A stretch of 64,000 nt of DNA, taken from NCBI GenBank assembly GCA_934098705.1, contig CAKOPC010000002.1:250681-314680 (forward strand), written 5' to 3'. The translations under genes and the position numbers were made by a program. The first letter of the stretch is position 1. Every line of letters begins with the position of its first letter. Positions 19,541 through 29,925 of this stretch are shown one piece after another. Origin of the DNA: an uncultured Bacilli bacterium. GTDB taxonomy: Bacteria; Bacillota_I; Bacilli_A; RF39; UBA660. The notes beneath the pieces were generated by a model that was given only the letters and a program-made list of their open reading frames with translations, searched no databases and was not told the DNA's origin.

Positions 19541-20602
19541 ATGATAGATAGATTAGAGGAAACCTTAAAAAAATATAATGAATTACAGGAAAAGTTGCAA
19601 CAAGAAGAAGTGATGCAAAATATAAATTTATTAACAGAACTATCAAAGCAAGCAAGTTCTATGGAAGAAGTTGTAAACGTATATAAAAAATATAAGGAAA
19701 TACTAAAAAATATTGAAGATGATAAAGAATTATTAAAAGATGAAGATTTAAAAGATATAGCAAAAGATGAATTACAACAATTAGAAGATGAGAAAATATT
19801 AATAGAAAAGAAGTTAGAAATATTACTTCTTCCAAAAGATCCAAGAGATGGTAGCAATGTTATTATGGAGATAAGAGGAGCAGCTGGCGGAGATGAAGCA
19901 GATATTTTTGCAGGGGACTTATTTAGAATGTACCAAAAATATTTCGAAAAACAAGGCTTTAAAACAGAAATAATAAACGCCTCAAATAATGAAGGTGGCG
20001 GTTTTTCTCAAATTGAATTTTTGGTAAAAGGAGATAATGTTTTTTCTAAGCTAAAGTATGAAAGTGGTACACATAGAGTTCAAAGAATACCAGAAACAGA
20101 ATCGAACGGTAGAATCCATACATCAACCGCAACAGTTGCTGTGCTTGCCGAAATGAAAGATGTTGAAATAGACATAAATCCAAGTGATTTAAAAATAGAT
20201 GTTTATAGAAGTGGTGGAGCAGGAGGACAAAGTGTAAATACTGCAGATAGTGCCGTTAGAATAACCCATTTACCAACCGGAGTTGTTGTAACATGTCAAA
20301 ATGAAAGAAGTCAACAACAAAATAAAGCTAAAGCCATGGAAATATTAAAATCAAAACTATATGAAGAAGAATTAAGAAAAAGAGAAGAAGAATATGGTAA
20401 TGATAGAAAAATAAAAATAGGAACTGGCGATAGAAGTGAAAAAATAAGAACTTATAATTATCCACAAAATAGATTAACAGACCATAGAATAGGTTTTACT
20501 ATAAATAAATTAGATAGAGTTTTAGAAGGAGACCTTGATGAAGTAATTGAGGCTCTAATAAATGAAGACCAAAAAAGAAAGTTAATGCAAAATGAATATT
20601 AA
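19541..20602 (+). CDS. prfA: peptide chain release factor 1
   Basis: PxT-type motif (PET) and GGQ motif. 353 aa. Confidence 0.95.
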   Translation: MIDRLEETLKKYNELQEKLQQEEVMQNINLLTELSKQASSMEEVVNVYKKYKEILKNIEDDKELLKDEDLKDIAKDELQQLEDEKILIEKKLEILLLPKDPRDGSNVIMEIRGAAGGDEADIFAGDLFRMYQKYFEKQGFKTEIINASNNEGGGFSQIEFLVKGDNVFSKLKYESGTHRVQRIPETESNGRIHTSTATVAVLAEMKDVEIDINPSDLKIDVYRSGGAGGQSVNTADSAVRITHLPTGVVVTCQNERSQQQNKAKAMEILKSKLYEEELRKREEEYGNDRKIKIGTGDRSEKIRTYNYPQNRLTDHRIGFTINKLDRVLEGDLDEVIEALINEDQKRKLMQNEY

Positions 20603-21392
20603 TGATTTATTAAAAATAGACTCAAATTATACAATTAATGAAAAACAAATCATTATGCAAAAACTATTAAATTGTGATAGAAGTAAACTATATGAAATAG
20701 AAGTAATAAATGATAAAAAAATAATAAAAAAATATCAAAAAATGATAAAAAGTCCTCTTCCAGTATCATACCTTCTTAAAGAAGCACCATTTTTATCATG
20801 GATGTTTTATGTAAATAAAGATGTATTAATACCAAGATTTGAAACAGAAGAATTAGTATTAAAAACAGATGAACTTTTAAAAAAACATTTCAAAAAAGAT
20901 GTATCAATATGTGACATAGGGTGTGGAAGTGGTGTTATTGGTATATCTTTAAAACTATTAAATGAAAAAAGTAATATAACTTTAACAGATATATCTAAAA
21001 AAGCTTTAAAAGTTGCTAAAAAAAATTCCAAAATACATAATGCTAATGTAAAATTTATACATAGTGATATGTTATCTAAAATAACATCAAAGTATGATAT
21101 TTTAATAAGTAATCCGCCTTATCTTTATGAAAACAGTGATATTGAAGATGATGTACTAAAATATGAACCACATATAGCGTTATATGGAGGTACTAAATAT
21201 TATGAAGAAATACTAAAGGGTGCTAAGAATATTTTAAATAGTAAAAACATAATAGCTTTTGAAATAGGTCATGATGAAAAAGAAGAAGTAATAAAACTTG
21301 CAAATAAATATTTTAAAGATGCCAATATTATAAGCATGAAAGATTTAAATAATTTTGATAGATACATATTTATTTTAAATAATATTGCATAA
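20592..21392 (+). CDS. prmC: release-factor glutamine N5-methyltransferase
   Basis: SAM motif DIGCGSG and NPPY motif. Overlaps prfA by 11 nt. Confidence 0.85.
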   Translation: MNINDLLKIDSNYTINEKQIIMQKLLNCDRSKLYEIEVINDKKIIKKYQKMIKSPLPVSYLLKEAPFLSWMFYVNKDVLIPRFETEELVLKTDELLKKHFKKDVSICDIGCGSGVIGISLKLLNEKSNITLTDISKKALKVAKKNSKIHNANVKFIHSDMLSKITSKYDILISNPPYLYENSDIEDDVLKYEPHIALYGGTKYYEEILKGAKNILNSKNIIAFEIGHDEKEEVIKLANKYFKDANIISMKDLNNFDRYIFILNNIA

Positions 21393-21431
21393 AAATTAAT
21401 TGATATTACCATTATTAAATCAGGTGATAAA

Positions 21432-21962
21432 ATGAAAAAAATATTAATTTTTATAAGCATATTATTTTTTTTATACATTGCATTTGAAGTAAAAAATAAT
21501 TATTATGTAATACCAGATGAATCAATAAGATTTAGAGTAATAGCAAATAGCAATAGTACTAAAGACCAGTATATTAAAAAAAGAGTAAAAGAAGCTTTAG
21601 AAAAGGCTTTTTATGAAGAACTTAAAGTATCAAATACTATAGATGATTCAAGAAATATAATTCAAAATAATATGAATAACTATAAAAAAACTATTAAGGA
21701 AACATTAGAAAAGTTAAACGTTGATATGGATTATGAAGTTTCTTTTGGACTTAATTATTTTCCAGAAAAAGAGTATAAAGGGGTTGTATATAAAGAAGGG
21801 GAATATGAATCACTTGTTATTACGCTTGGAAATGGTGAAGGAGAAAACTTTTGGTGCGTACTATTTCCCCCAATTTGTACTTTAGAAGTAGAAGAAGATG
21901 ATGATATTTCCTATAGATTTTTAATAAAAGACTTATTTGATAAATATATTTTAAACAAATAA
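21432..21962 (+). CDS. spoIIR: stage II sporulation protein R-like
   Basis: N-terminal TM, IRFRVIANSNS... and ENFWCVLFPPIC motifs as recalled for SpoIIR. Confidence 0.7.
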   Translation: MKKILIFISILFFLYIAFEVKNNYYVIPDESIRFRVIANSNSTKDQYIKKRVKEALEKAFYEELKVSNTIDDSRNIIQNNMNNYKKTIKETLEKLNVDMDYEVSFGLNYFPEKEYKGVVYKEGEYESLVITLGNGEGENFWCVLFPPICTLEVEEDDDISYRFLIKDLFDKYILNK

Positions 21963-22011
21963 GTCTTTTTTTACTTAAATAATTGTTTTATAATAATACT
22001 TGAGGTTTTTT

Positions 22012-22368
22012 ATGAATACAGATAAAATGTTAGAAAGTTTAGCAAAATCAAAATTTAGAAGTAGTTTTAAACTTGGTAAAAAATACATAGATTATATAGA
22101 TAAAGTAGGATTAGTAAAGATAAGAAGTCATGCTAAAGACTTTATAGAAAAAAGACTAGCTGTAAAACCATTAAATGATGGGCATCAAACACCTTATAAA
22201 GGACATCCTGTTTTTATAGCACAACATGCAACTGCAACCTGTTGTAGGAAATGTCTAAACAAATGGTATAAAATAGCTGAAAATAAAACCTTGACTGAGG
22301 ATGAAATAACAAGCATTTTAAATATTATAATGAAATGGATAGAGAAACAGTATAAAAGTAAGGTTTAG
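22012..22368 (+). CDS. DUF4186-like protein
   Basis: ...HPVFIAQHATATCCRKCLNKWYKI... I prefer ATG 22012 with its SD over TTG 22000. Confidence 0.5.
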   Translation: MNTDKMLESLAKSKFRSSFKLGKKYIDYIDKVGLVKIRSHAKDFIEKRLAVKPLNDGHQTPYKGHPVFIAQHATATCCRKCLNKWYKIAENKTLTEDEITSILNIIMKWIEKQYKSKV

Positions 22369-22461
22369 AAGTTTGACAAGTCTAAAAAAAAGTGATATAA
22401 TATAAGCCGTTCTTAAAGATTATGCCGTAAGGCAAATCTATATCTAAAGGGGGAAAATGAT

Positions 22462-24222
22462 ATGAACGATAGAAATATATATAAAAACTATGATAAAAAT
22501 GATAATTTAATATCAATAAACTTTAAAAATCAAAGATATGATTTAACAAAAATGACAAAAGAAGAAGCTATAAAAGACATTGTAAAACAAGATGAAAGTA
22601 TAAAAAAAGACATTATAAGTGGTAAAGTAAAATTTATTAAAACAGTTTTAGATGATGAAATAACTATGACAGATTATGAAAAAGAGTTATTAACAAAGTT
22701 TAAACAAGAAGAAGAACCAAAAAAAATAAAAAGCGTAAGACAAACTTCAACTAATGATGATAAAATAAGAAGAGAAACAGCTTTTTCAAGATGTGCTTTA
22801 GCCATAGCTTTACTTAGTATTGTAACAGCTTATGGAATAGTTCATTATAATAAATTTGTTAAACCACAAAAATTAAGCCTAGAAAATGAAAAAGGCAAAG
22901 TGATAGAAGCAGTTACGACACTTGATTTAGAAAGTGAAGTATTAACAAATGCTAAAGAAAATGTAGAAAGTGCTATAAATAACTTTATAACATTAAAAGA
23001 TAACTATAAAATAGATAATAAAACATTTTATATAACTAGTGAAGAGTGGTTAACAGCTTACCTATACTTAAATGGTTATGATTATACTATTCAAGATTTA
23101 AAAGAAATATTAAAAGATAACCCTGATTTTTATAGCAAGATGTCAAATAATTATAGAAGTTTTTGTGAAACAGCATCATTTTATTCAAGTGTTGCAGATA
23201 TAGCTATTGTAAATAAAGATTTCTTTATAAATGAAGAAGCTTACAATATATATATGAATTACTGGAATACATTTAAAGAAGCAAGAGATAATCCAAGTAA
23301 AGAGAATAAAGCAAAACTTGAAAAAATGACAAAAGAAATGTATGGATTAGAACCAAATAAAGGTGACATAAATTATGATAATTATCCTGGTGTATTATCA
23401 TTTATAGGACATACCATTGTTCCAGCAGGTGCTAATTATTTTCATATAATAACACAAGATACTTATGATAAAGCAATGGGAATATATAAATATGATAAAA
23501 ATGGTAATTTACTTGAAACACATGGAAAAATAGAAATGATAACATGTGATACTATTGAAATTCAAAGATTTGATAAATTAAATGATTATGTAACATCAAG
23601 TGAAGTTAAATTTGATAATTTAATGACTTGGTTTAATGAAATGAATAGTAAATTAGATGAAACAAATAAAGTAACATCAAGTCTATTCTTTGAATACTTT
23701 AATAAGAAAAAAAATCAAAATAATAATAAAAATAATAATAAAAACAGCAATAAAGGTAGCAAAAGTAGTTCATCAAGTAATAGTAAACCTTCACAAGGTA
23801 ATAGTAGTATAATATCAAGAGATGAAGCAGTTAAAGATTTTGGAGAAGATGAAGTAAAAAAAGCCGAAGATGAAGCTAAAAGTGATTTTGAAAAAGATTA
23901 TCAAGATGAAATAGCCAAAGAAAATGCTAGAAAACAAGGAATTTTAGATGCTAATAGTAGAATTGAAAGCTATTTAAATACTCTTATGTATGATACAACA
24001 GCACTTCTTAATGCATCAAGTAGTGATATCACACAAATTGGAAATAGTGTTAAAGCAGGATATACCGGAAGCTATGCTAGTTATTATAACGAAGGTGTTG
24101 ATGCCGCAGTTTCATCTGGAATAGCAGAACTTAAAAGCATGCAAGAACAATATAGAAAAGCTTTAGAAGATATAAATACTAATTCATTTAATGATACAGA
24201 AAGTCTTGTTAGAACAAGATAA
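22462..24222 (+). CDS. hypothetical membrane-anchored protein with an N/K/S low-complexity tract
   Basis: 586 aa with one internal TM. Strong promoter (TTGACA-17-TATAAT) and SD upstream. Confidence 0.55.
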   Translation: MNDRNIYKNYDKNDNLISINFKNQRYDLTKMTKEEAIKDIVKQDESIKKDIISGKVKFIKTVLDDEITMTDYEKELLTKFKQEEEPKKIKSVRQTSTNDDKIRRETAFSRCALAIALLSIVTAYGIVHYNKFVKPQKLSLENEKGKVIEAVTTLDLESEVLTNAKENVESAINNFITLKDNYKIDNKTFYITSEEWLTAYLYLNGYDYTIQDLKEILKDNPDFYSKMSNNYRSFCETASFYSSVADIAIVNKDFFINEEAYNIYMNYWNTFKEARDNPSKENKAKLEKMTKEMYGLEPNKGDINYDNYPGVLSFIGHTIVPAGANYFHIITQDTYDKAMGIYKYDKNGNLLETHGKIEMITCDTIEIQRFDKLNDYVTSSEVKFDNLMTWFNEMNSKLDETNKVTSSLFFEYFNKKKNQNNNKNNNKNSNKGSKSSSSSNSKPSQGNSSIISRDEAVKDFGEDEVKKAEDEAKSDFEKDYQDEIAKENARKQGILDANSRIESYLNTLMYDTTALLNASSSDITQIGNSVKAGYTGSYASYYNEGVDAAVSSGIAELKSMQEQYRKALEDINTNSFNDTESLVRTR

Positions 24223-24241
24223 ATTAAGGGGGAAGTAAGTT

Positions 24242-26257
24242 ATGAATGAATATGATGAAATAACAGTAAAAAATGAAAATCCACTTTTAAAAATATTAAA
24301 ATGGACTTTAACAGTTATCCTAATTATATTACTTGCTATTTTAATAATATTTTTAATAAAAGGATACTCAAATAACAATAATAACAATTTAAATCCTTTA
24401 TTAAATCAAATTTTTGCAGATAATATTGAAAGGATGAAAGATGCTGCTAAAGATTATTACACAGTAGATAGAGTACCTAAAAAAGAAGGGGAAACATTTA
24501 AATTAACCTTACAAGAAATGATAGATAAAAAGTTAATATTACCATTAACAGATAAAAACGGAAAAATGTGTGATACAACAGCATCATACACAGAAATAAC
24601 AAAAGTAGGTAATGAGTGGCAATTAAAAATTAATCTTTCATGTGGAAGTGAAGAAGAATATATAATAGTTTATCTAGGATGTCATGACTATTGTAAAAAT
24701 TATATATGTGAAAGAGAAGATGAAGAAAAACCAAATAACAATAATGGGAATGGAAGCAAAGAATATGATCCATCATGTACTTTAATGGTTGTAAGTGGAA
24801 CTAAAGGAAGTAATGGTAAATATATAAGTGATGTTGTTATTGGATTTAAAAATAAATCTGCAGGAAACGATGCTACAATATCACAATCAGGTGTTGGTGT
24901 AAAAACAAATTATAAAAATAGCACATATACAGTAAAAGACAATGGTACAACAACAGTTTATGGTTACGTTAAAGATACTAATGGTAAAACAGCCGTATGT
25001 AGTATTAAAGTAATAAAAACAAAAGAAATAAAACCAGCAGTTGGCGATCCATCATGTACCTTAAAAGTTATAAGTGGAACAAAAAATGCAAATGGTACAT
25101 ATAGTGGTAATGTTGTTATAGGATTTGATAAGAAAAATGCTGGAGCAAATGCTACATTAACAGATTTTGGTGTAGGTAAAGAATTAAATTATGAAAGCTC
25201 TACATACACAGTAACAACTGAAGGAGCAACAACAATATATGGATATGTTAAAAACTCAAGTGGTAAAACAGCCGTATGTAATATTACAATAACAAAACAA
25301 GAGTTAGAACCATCATGTACCCTAAAAGTTGTAAGTGGAAGCAAAAATAGTGATGGAACATATAAAAGTAATGTTGTTATAGGATTCGATAAGACAAATG
25401 CAGGTTCTGGAACATTAATAGGTAAAGGAATTGGTCTTTCAACTAATTATGAAGATGAAACATATACTGTATCAAGAAATGGTGAACATGTAATATATGG
25501 ATATGTTAAAAATTCAAATGGTAAAACAGCTGTATGTAGTATTAAAGTAATAAAAGATACAAGATATGAATATTTATATGAAAAACATTTTGAAAAAGAA
25601 TATTCAGCTTGGAGTGATTGGTCTAGTAATAAGACTTATACAGAAAAAGATAATATAATTTTTGGTAAACAAGAATTTATCTGGAATGAGAAAAACGGTC
25701 AAAAAGAAATAAAATCTTATGAAACAGACAAAAATAGCCCAATTTGGCAAGTAAGACATGATAGAGTAGTAGGAACATATGAAGATTATGTATGTAGTGG
25801 CTACACATATTATAGAAGTGGTGATGTTACATATAGTCTTGGAGAATGGAAATTTAGCCATAGATTAACAAATGTATCAAGCATTCCGGCAGATACTGCG
25901 ACAACAAGATATGACATTGTTGATATGGATTATGCAGTATGTAAAAATACATGCACTTCAAAACCAGTTTATATAGTGGATGTTTATGTAAGAACACAAA
26001 CAGCTAAGACAGAAACAAAAGAAGAATTAAGTGCAAAATGTAACGTTGTTATAAAAGATGTACCAATATATGGAGATAGAAGAGTACTTACAGGCTTTAA
26101 TAAAAATGAAATAACTAAAGTAGAATACTACTATCACACTAAAACAAGAACACTAATAAAAGATGCTTATACCGTAAGTGTATGGTCTGATAGTGATAAC
26201 GACTTATCATTAATAAATCAAGGCTATAAATATACAGGAATAAAAAGACAAAAATAA
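24242..26257 (+). CDS. hypothetical surface protein with three tandem ~90-aa two-Cys repeats
   Basis: 671 aa with an N-terminal TM. The repeat PSCTLKV(V/I)SG.K...GKTAVC(S/N)I.. occurs three times. Confidence 0.6.
   Translation: MNEYDEITVKNENPLLKILKWTLTVILIILLAILIIFLIKGYSNNNNNNLNPLLNQIFADNIERMKDAAKDYYTVDRVPKKEGETFKLTLQEMIDKKLILPLTDKNGKMCDTTASYTEITKVGNEWQLKINLSCGSEEEYIIVYLGCHDYCKNYICEREDEEKPNNNNGNGSKEYDPSCTLMVVSGTKGSNGKYISDVVIGFKNKSAGNDATISQSGVGVKTNYKNSTYTVKDNGTTTVYGYVKDTNGKTAVCSIKVIKTKEIKPAVGDPSCTLKVISGTKNANGTYSGNVVIGFDKKNAGANATLTDFGVGKELNYESSTYTVTTEGATTIYGYVKNSSGKTAVCNITITKQELEPSCTLKVVSGSKNSDGTYKSNVVIGFDKTNAGSGTLIGKGIGLSTNYEDETYTVSRNGEHVIYGYVKNSNGKTAVCSIKVIKDTRYEYLYEKHFEKEYSAWSDWSSNKTYTEKDNIIFGKQEFIWNEKNGQKEIKSYETDKNSPIWQVRHDRVVGTYEDYVCSGYTYYRSGDVTYSLGEWKFSHRLTNVSSIPADTATTRYDIVDMDYAVCKNTCTSKPVYIVDVYVRTQTAKTETKEELSAKCNVVIKDVPIYGDRRVLTGFNKNEITKVEYYYHTKTRTLIKDAYTVSVWSDSDNDLSLINQGYKYTGIKRQK
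24767..25555 (+). repeat. three tandem coding repeats (periods 279 and 261 nt)
   Basis: Repeat starts at 24767, 25046 and 25310. Each begins (D)PSCTL and ends GKTAVC.I.(V/I).K. Confidence 0.85.
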
Positions 26258-26398
26258 TTAATATTTTATTAGTAAACAATAAAAAAATGTGGATAAACTC
26301 TACATTTTTTTATTATAATTTATCTTTATTTTACATAAAAGATGTAAAACTTTTGAAAATATAGTTAAATTAATGTATACTTTTAGTAGGGTGATGTT

Positions 26399-26893
26399 AT
26401 GAAAAACTTATATATTGATTTTGATGGAGTCATTTTAGACACTATAACCTGTTTATATAAGGATCCATCTTATATAGGTAAAGATAGACCATATGAAGAA
26501 CAAAATGCTTACTTTTCAAATTATCCTTGGGGAAAAATAATAAAAGATGAAAATATTTTATGCGATAGTATTAACGCAATAAAAGAAATAATAGATAGTA
26601 ATAAATTTAATATAGCTATTTTAACTCATGTAACAAGCATAAATGAAGCAGTTTTAAAAATAAATTATTTAAGAAAATACTTTGATGATATAACTATCAT
26701 ACCTTGTCCTAAAAGTATATCAAAAACTAATATGGTACACACTAAAGATTCTATTTTAGTAGATGATTATAGTGGCAACCTAAGAGAGTGGGAAAGTGAA
26801 GGCGGAATAGGAATTAAGTTTTCTCAAGAAGAAGAGAAAGATTGCGATTTTAAAGTAATAAAAAATTTAAGGGAACTTTTAAAAATATTTTAA
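26399..26893 (+). CDS. HAD-superfamily 5'(3')-deoxyribonucleotidase-like protein
   Basis: N-terminal DxD motif (YIDFDGVILDT). 164 aa. Confidence 0.5.
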   Translation: MKNLYIDFDGVILDTITCLYKDPSYIGKDRPYEEQNAYFSNYPWGKIIKDENILCDSINAIKEIIDSNKFNIAILTHVTSINEAVLKINYLRKYFDDITIIPCPKSISKTNMVHTKDSILVDDYSGNLREWESEGGIGIKFSQEEEKDCDFKVIKNLRELLKIF

Positions 26894-26991
26894 TTGACAT
26901 TTATAAATAGGCATAATATGATTAAGATAAGAACACAAATTTAATAATTTCATATATTAAAGTAGAAAAAGTAGGAAGGAAGTAGTACGTT

Positions 26992-28245
26992 ATGAAACGA
27001 ATAAAAATAAAGGGAGGATACCATCTTACTGGAACAATTAGAATAAGTGGAGCAAAAAATGCTGCAGTTGCACTAATACCAGCTGCTATATTAACAGATG
27101 AAGAGGTAACAATATGTAATATTCCAGAAATTTCAGACATAGATTCACTTGAAGTGATTTTAAAATACTTAAATGTTTCTGTAAAAAGAAGTACTGAATC
27201 AATGGTTATTAATACTAAAAATATGGTAAATAAAGAAATACCAGAAGAAATAGCTAAAAAATTACGTGCCTCTTATTACTTTATGGGAGCATTACTTGCT
27301 AAATATAAAAAAGTATCAATGTATTTTCCTGGAGGATGCAATATAGGAAAAAGACCAATAGATTTACATTTAAAAGGATTCGAACAAATGGGATGTAAGA
27401 TAGAATGTGAAGGCGATAAATATACAATAACAGCAGATGAACTTAAAGGATGTGTAATAGATTTACCAGTACCAAGTGTTGGAGCAACAATAAATCTTAT
27501 AATAGCAGCAGTAAAAGCAAAAGGAGTAACAACTATAAATAATGCTGCCAAAGAGCCTGAAATAATAAATGTTTGTAACATGTTAAAAAATATGGGTGCT
27601 AATATAACATTTGAAGGTACCAAAACAATTAAAATAGAAGGAGTAGACAAACTTCATCAAGGTTATATTGAAGTGATACCAGACCGTATTGAAGCAGGAA
27701 CATATGTAATAGTAGGATCCCTTATAGGAGAAAATCTAAAAATAGATAATATTATTCCAGAACATTTAAAAGCTCTAACAGAAAAATTAATAGAAAGTAA
27801 TGCCAATATAACTATAAATCAAGACAATATTGTCTGTAAAAAAGAAGAAAACCTTAAGAAAAATGATATAAAAACGTATTATTACCCAGGTTTTCCAACA
27901 GATTTACAACAACCATTTTCAGTATTTTTAACTAAGTGTGAAGGTTTATCAACAATCGAAGAAACCATATGGGAAAATAGATATATGCACGTTCCATATC
28001 TAAATGAAATGGGAGCAAATATAGAAGTAGAAGGGAAAATATGTAAAATAAAAGGCAAAACATCATTGACAGGAAAACATGTTAAAGCAACTGACTTAAG
28101 AGGCGGAGCATCCCTTGTTGTTGCAGGTCTTATAGCAGATGGCGAAACAATAATAGATGAAGCAGATCACATACTAAGAGGATATGATGAAATAATTGAA
28201 AAATTAAAAAATGTTGGTGCTAAAATAGAAATGGAAGAAATATAA
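26992..28245 (+). CDS. murA: UDP-N-acetylglucosamine 1-carboxyvinyltransferase
   Basis: 417 aa with ISGAKNAAV near the N-terminus and a GGC active-site Cys loop. Confidence 0.95.
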   Translation: MKRIKIKGGYHLTGTIRISGAKNAAVALIPAAILTDEEVTICNIPEISDIDSLEVILKYLNVSVKRSTESMVINTKNMVNKEIPEEIAKKLRASYYFMGALLAKYKKVSMYFPGGCNIGKRPIDLHLKGFEQMGCKIECEGDKYTITADELKGCVIDLPVPSVGATINLIIAAVKAKGVTTINNAAKEPEIINVCNMLKNMGANITFEGTKTIKIEGVDKLHQGYIEVIPDRIEAGTYVIVGSLIGENLKIDNIIPEHLKALTEKLIESNANITINQDNIVCKKEENLKKNDIKTYYYPGFPTDLQQPFSVFLTKCEGLSTIEETIWENRYMHVPYLNEMGANIEVEGKICKIKGKTSLTGKHVKATDLRGGASLVVAGLIADGETIIDEADHILRGYDEIIEKLKNVGAKIEMEEI

Positions 28246-28280
28246 ATAGAGTATAAGCTCTATTTTTTTGAGGTGAAAAT

Positions 28281-28847
28281 ATGAAAAAAATAATTTTTTT
28301 ATTAATTGTAACTATAACTATTTTTATAACCTATAAATCCTTTTATAAAAAAAGCATTAAAATATTATCTTTAGGAGATACTAAAATAGAAAATATAGAT
28401 ATAAAAAATGTTAAAAACTACAAAAATATAACCTATGATACTATAAAAATAACAGAGTTAACAAGTAATATATATAATAATAAACAAAGTATAAAAACAA
28501 ATCTTGCAAAAAGTAGTATCTTATTTTTAAGTGTAGGAAAAGATGATATAAAAAACATATTAAATAATAGTAATAACCATATAAATATATATAATGAAAT
28601 AGATGATATTATAAAAAACTATAAAGAATTAATAACACAGGTAAAAAAATATGCAAGAGGTAAAATAATTGTTTTAGGTGTATACGAAAAAGACATAGAT
28701 AAAAAATACCTAAAATATTTTAACAATGAATTAAAGTACATTTTAGATGACGATATCTATTACATAGACTTTAATAAATACTTAAATTATTCAAAAACTA
28801 AAAAAGAAATTATAAATATATACTTAAATAATGGTCTTATTTATTAA
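28281..28847 (+). CDS. hypothetical N-terminally anchored protein
   Basis: 188-aa ORF with SD GAGGTGA. I recognise no family. Confidence 0.45.
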   Translation: MKKIIFLLIVTITIFITYKSFYKKSIKILSLGDTKIENIDIKNVKNYKNITYDTIKITELTSNIYNNKQSIKTNLAKSSILFLSVGKDDIKNILNNSNNHINIYNEIDDIIKNYKELITQVKKYARGKIIVLGVYEKDIDKKYLKYFNNELKYILDDDIYYIDFNKYLNYSKTKKEIINIYLNNGLIY

Positions 28848-28962
28848 AAACATAAATAAAAAGTCCTAAAACACTTGCAAAATTTATAAAAATTTGATAC
28901 AATACTTAAGAAATTTATTATCTATGACAAAGTTTTGTCATGGCGGAAAGGAAGCAAGAGTA

Positions 28963-29163
28963 ATGAAAAAAGGAATACATAAGGAATATAAAGATACAAA
29001 ATTCATTTGTAACTGTGGAAATACTTTTACTGCCAAAAGTTTAAAAGAAGAAGTACATTTAGATGTTTGTTCTAAATGTCATCCATTTTATACAGGTAAA
29101 CAAAGTACAAAAAATTCTGCAGGTAATGTAGAAAAATTCAATAAGAAGTATGGTTTAAATTAA
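28963..29163 (+). CDS. rpmE: 50S ribosomal protein L31 (Zn-binding type)
   Basis: MKKGIHKEY...CNCG...CSKCHPFYTGKQ. I prefer ATG 28963 with SD GGAAAGGAAG over the track start 28894. Confidence 0.9.
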   Translation: MKKGIHKEYKDTKFICNCGNTFTAKSLKEEVHLDVCSKCHPFYTGKQSTKNSAGNVEKFNKKYGLN

Positions 29164-29232
29164 GAAACTTAAGGTTTCTTTTTTTTATTATTTGATATAT
29201 AATTATATTGTTATAAGGAGGCAAAATATAAT

Positions 29233-29682
29233 ATGAAAGTAGGACTAGTAGCAGATCATCGTGGTTATAAACTAAAAGAAGTATTAAAACTTTATTTACA
29301 AGAAAAAGGTTATGAAATAATAGATTTAGGAACCAATAACTTTGAAAGAGTAGACTACCCATTACTTGCAGAATCACTATGTAAAAAAATAACAGAAAAA
29401 GAAGTAGATTATGGTATAGCACTTTGTGGAACAGGAATTGGTATGAGTATAGCATGTAACAAAGTAAATGGTATAATATGTGGTAAGATAAGTACTATTA
29501 AAGAAGCTAAATTATGTAAAGAACATAATAACTGTAATGTTATAGCAATGAGTGGAAAAATTAATAAAATAAAAGCTAAAATAATGGTAACAAGATTCTT
29601 AAAATCAAAACCAATAGAAGAAGAACCATATATAACAAGAAATAGACAACTTAAAGAGATTGAAGAAAGAAATAGTAAATAA
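29233..29682 (+). CDS. rpiB: ribose-5-phosphate isomerase B (RpiB/LacAB family)
   Basis: MKVGLVADHRGYKLKE... and the GTGIGMSIACNK motif. Confidence 0.85.
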   Translation: MKVGLVADHRGYKLKEVLKLYLQEKGYEIIDLGTNNFERVDYPLLAESLCKKITEKEVDYGIALCGTGIGMSIACNKVNGIICGKISTIKEAKLCKEHNNCNVIAMSGKINKIKAKIMVTRFLKSKPIEEEPYITRNRQLKEIEERNSK

Positions 29683-29879
29683 TGAATCCTAAAGCATATT
29701 TATATTTTATAGTAGCAATATTTGTTATCTTTTCCCTTGACTCTATAAATATAAATAATATTTTTAAAAAAAATAAAAATTTACAAGCCAAACTATTTTA
29801 TTTTTTCTTAGCTTTTTGTATGATTTACTTAATTACTAATTTTATTTATGATTTAACAGAAACATTTAATTTATTTTAG
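29682..29879 (+). CDS. small two-TM protein
   Basis: 65-aa hydrophobic ORF coupled to the rpiB stop. Confidence 0.35.
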   Translation: MNPKAYLYFIVAIFVIFSLDSININNIFKKNKNLQAKLFYFFLAFCMIYLITNFIYDLTETFNLF

Positions 29880-29925
29880 TATAAAAACCTCATTTTAGTT
29901 AATAATTAAAATGAGGTGATTTTTT

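Noticed and set aside
22380-22461. Short leader with hairpin TGCC-GTAA-GGCA after a consensus promoter upstream of the 22462 gene, considered as a riboswitch.
   Set aside because: It is only ~50 nt with a single 4-bp stem, so there is no room for a known aptamer. Probably just a 5' UTR.
28894-28962. Upstream extensions of ORFs: rpmE 28894, DUF4186 22000, argS 17442, glyA 47799, AgrB-like 33531 and the HTH gene 33902.
   Set aside because: In each case an internal ATG with a properly spaced SD gives a product matching the expected N-terminus. The longer forms start within or before the SD.
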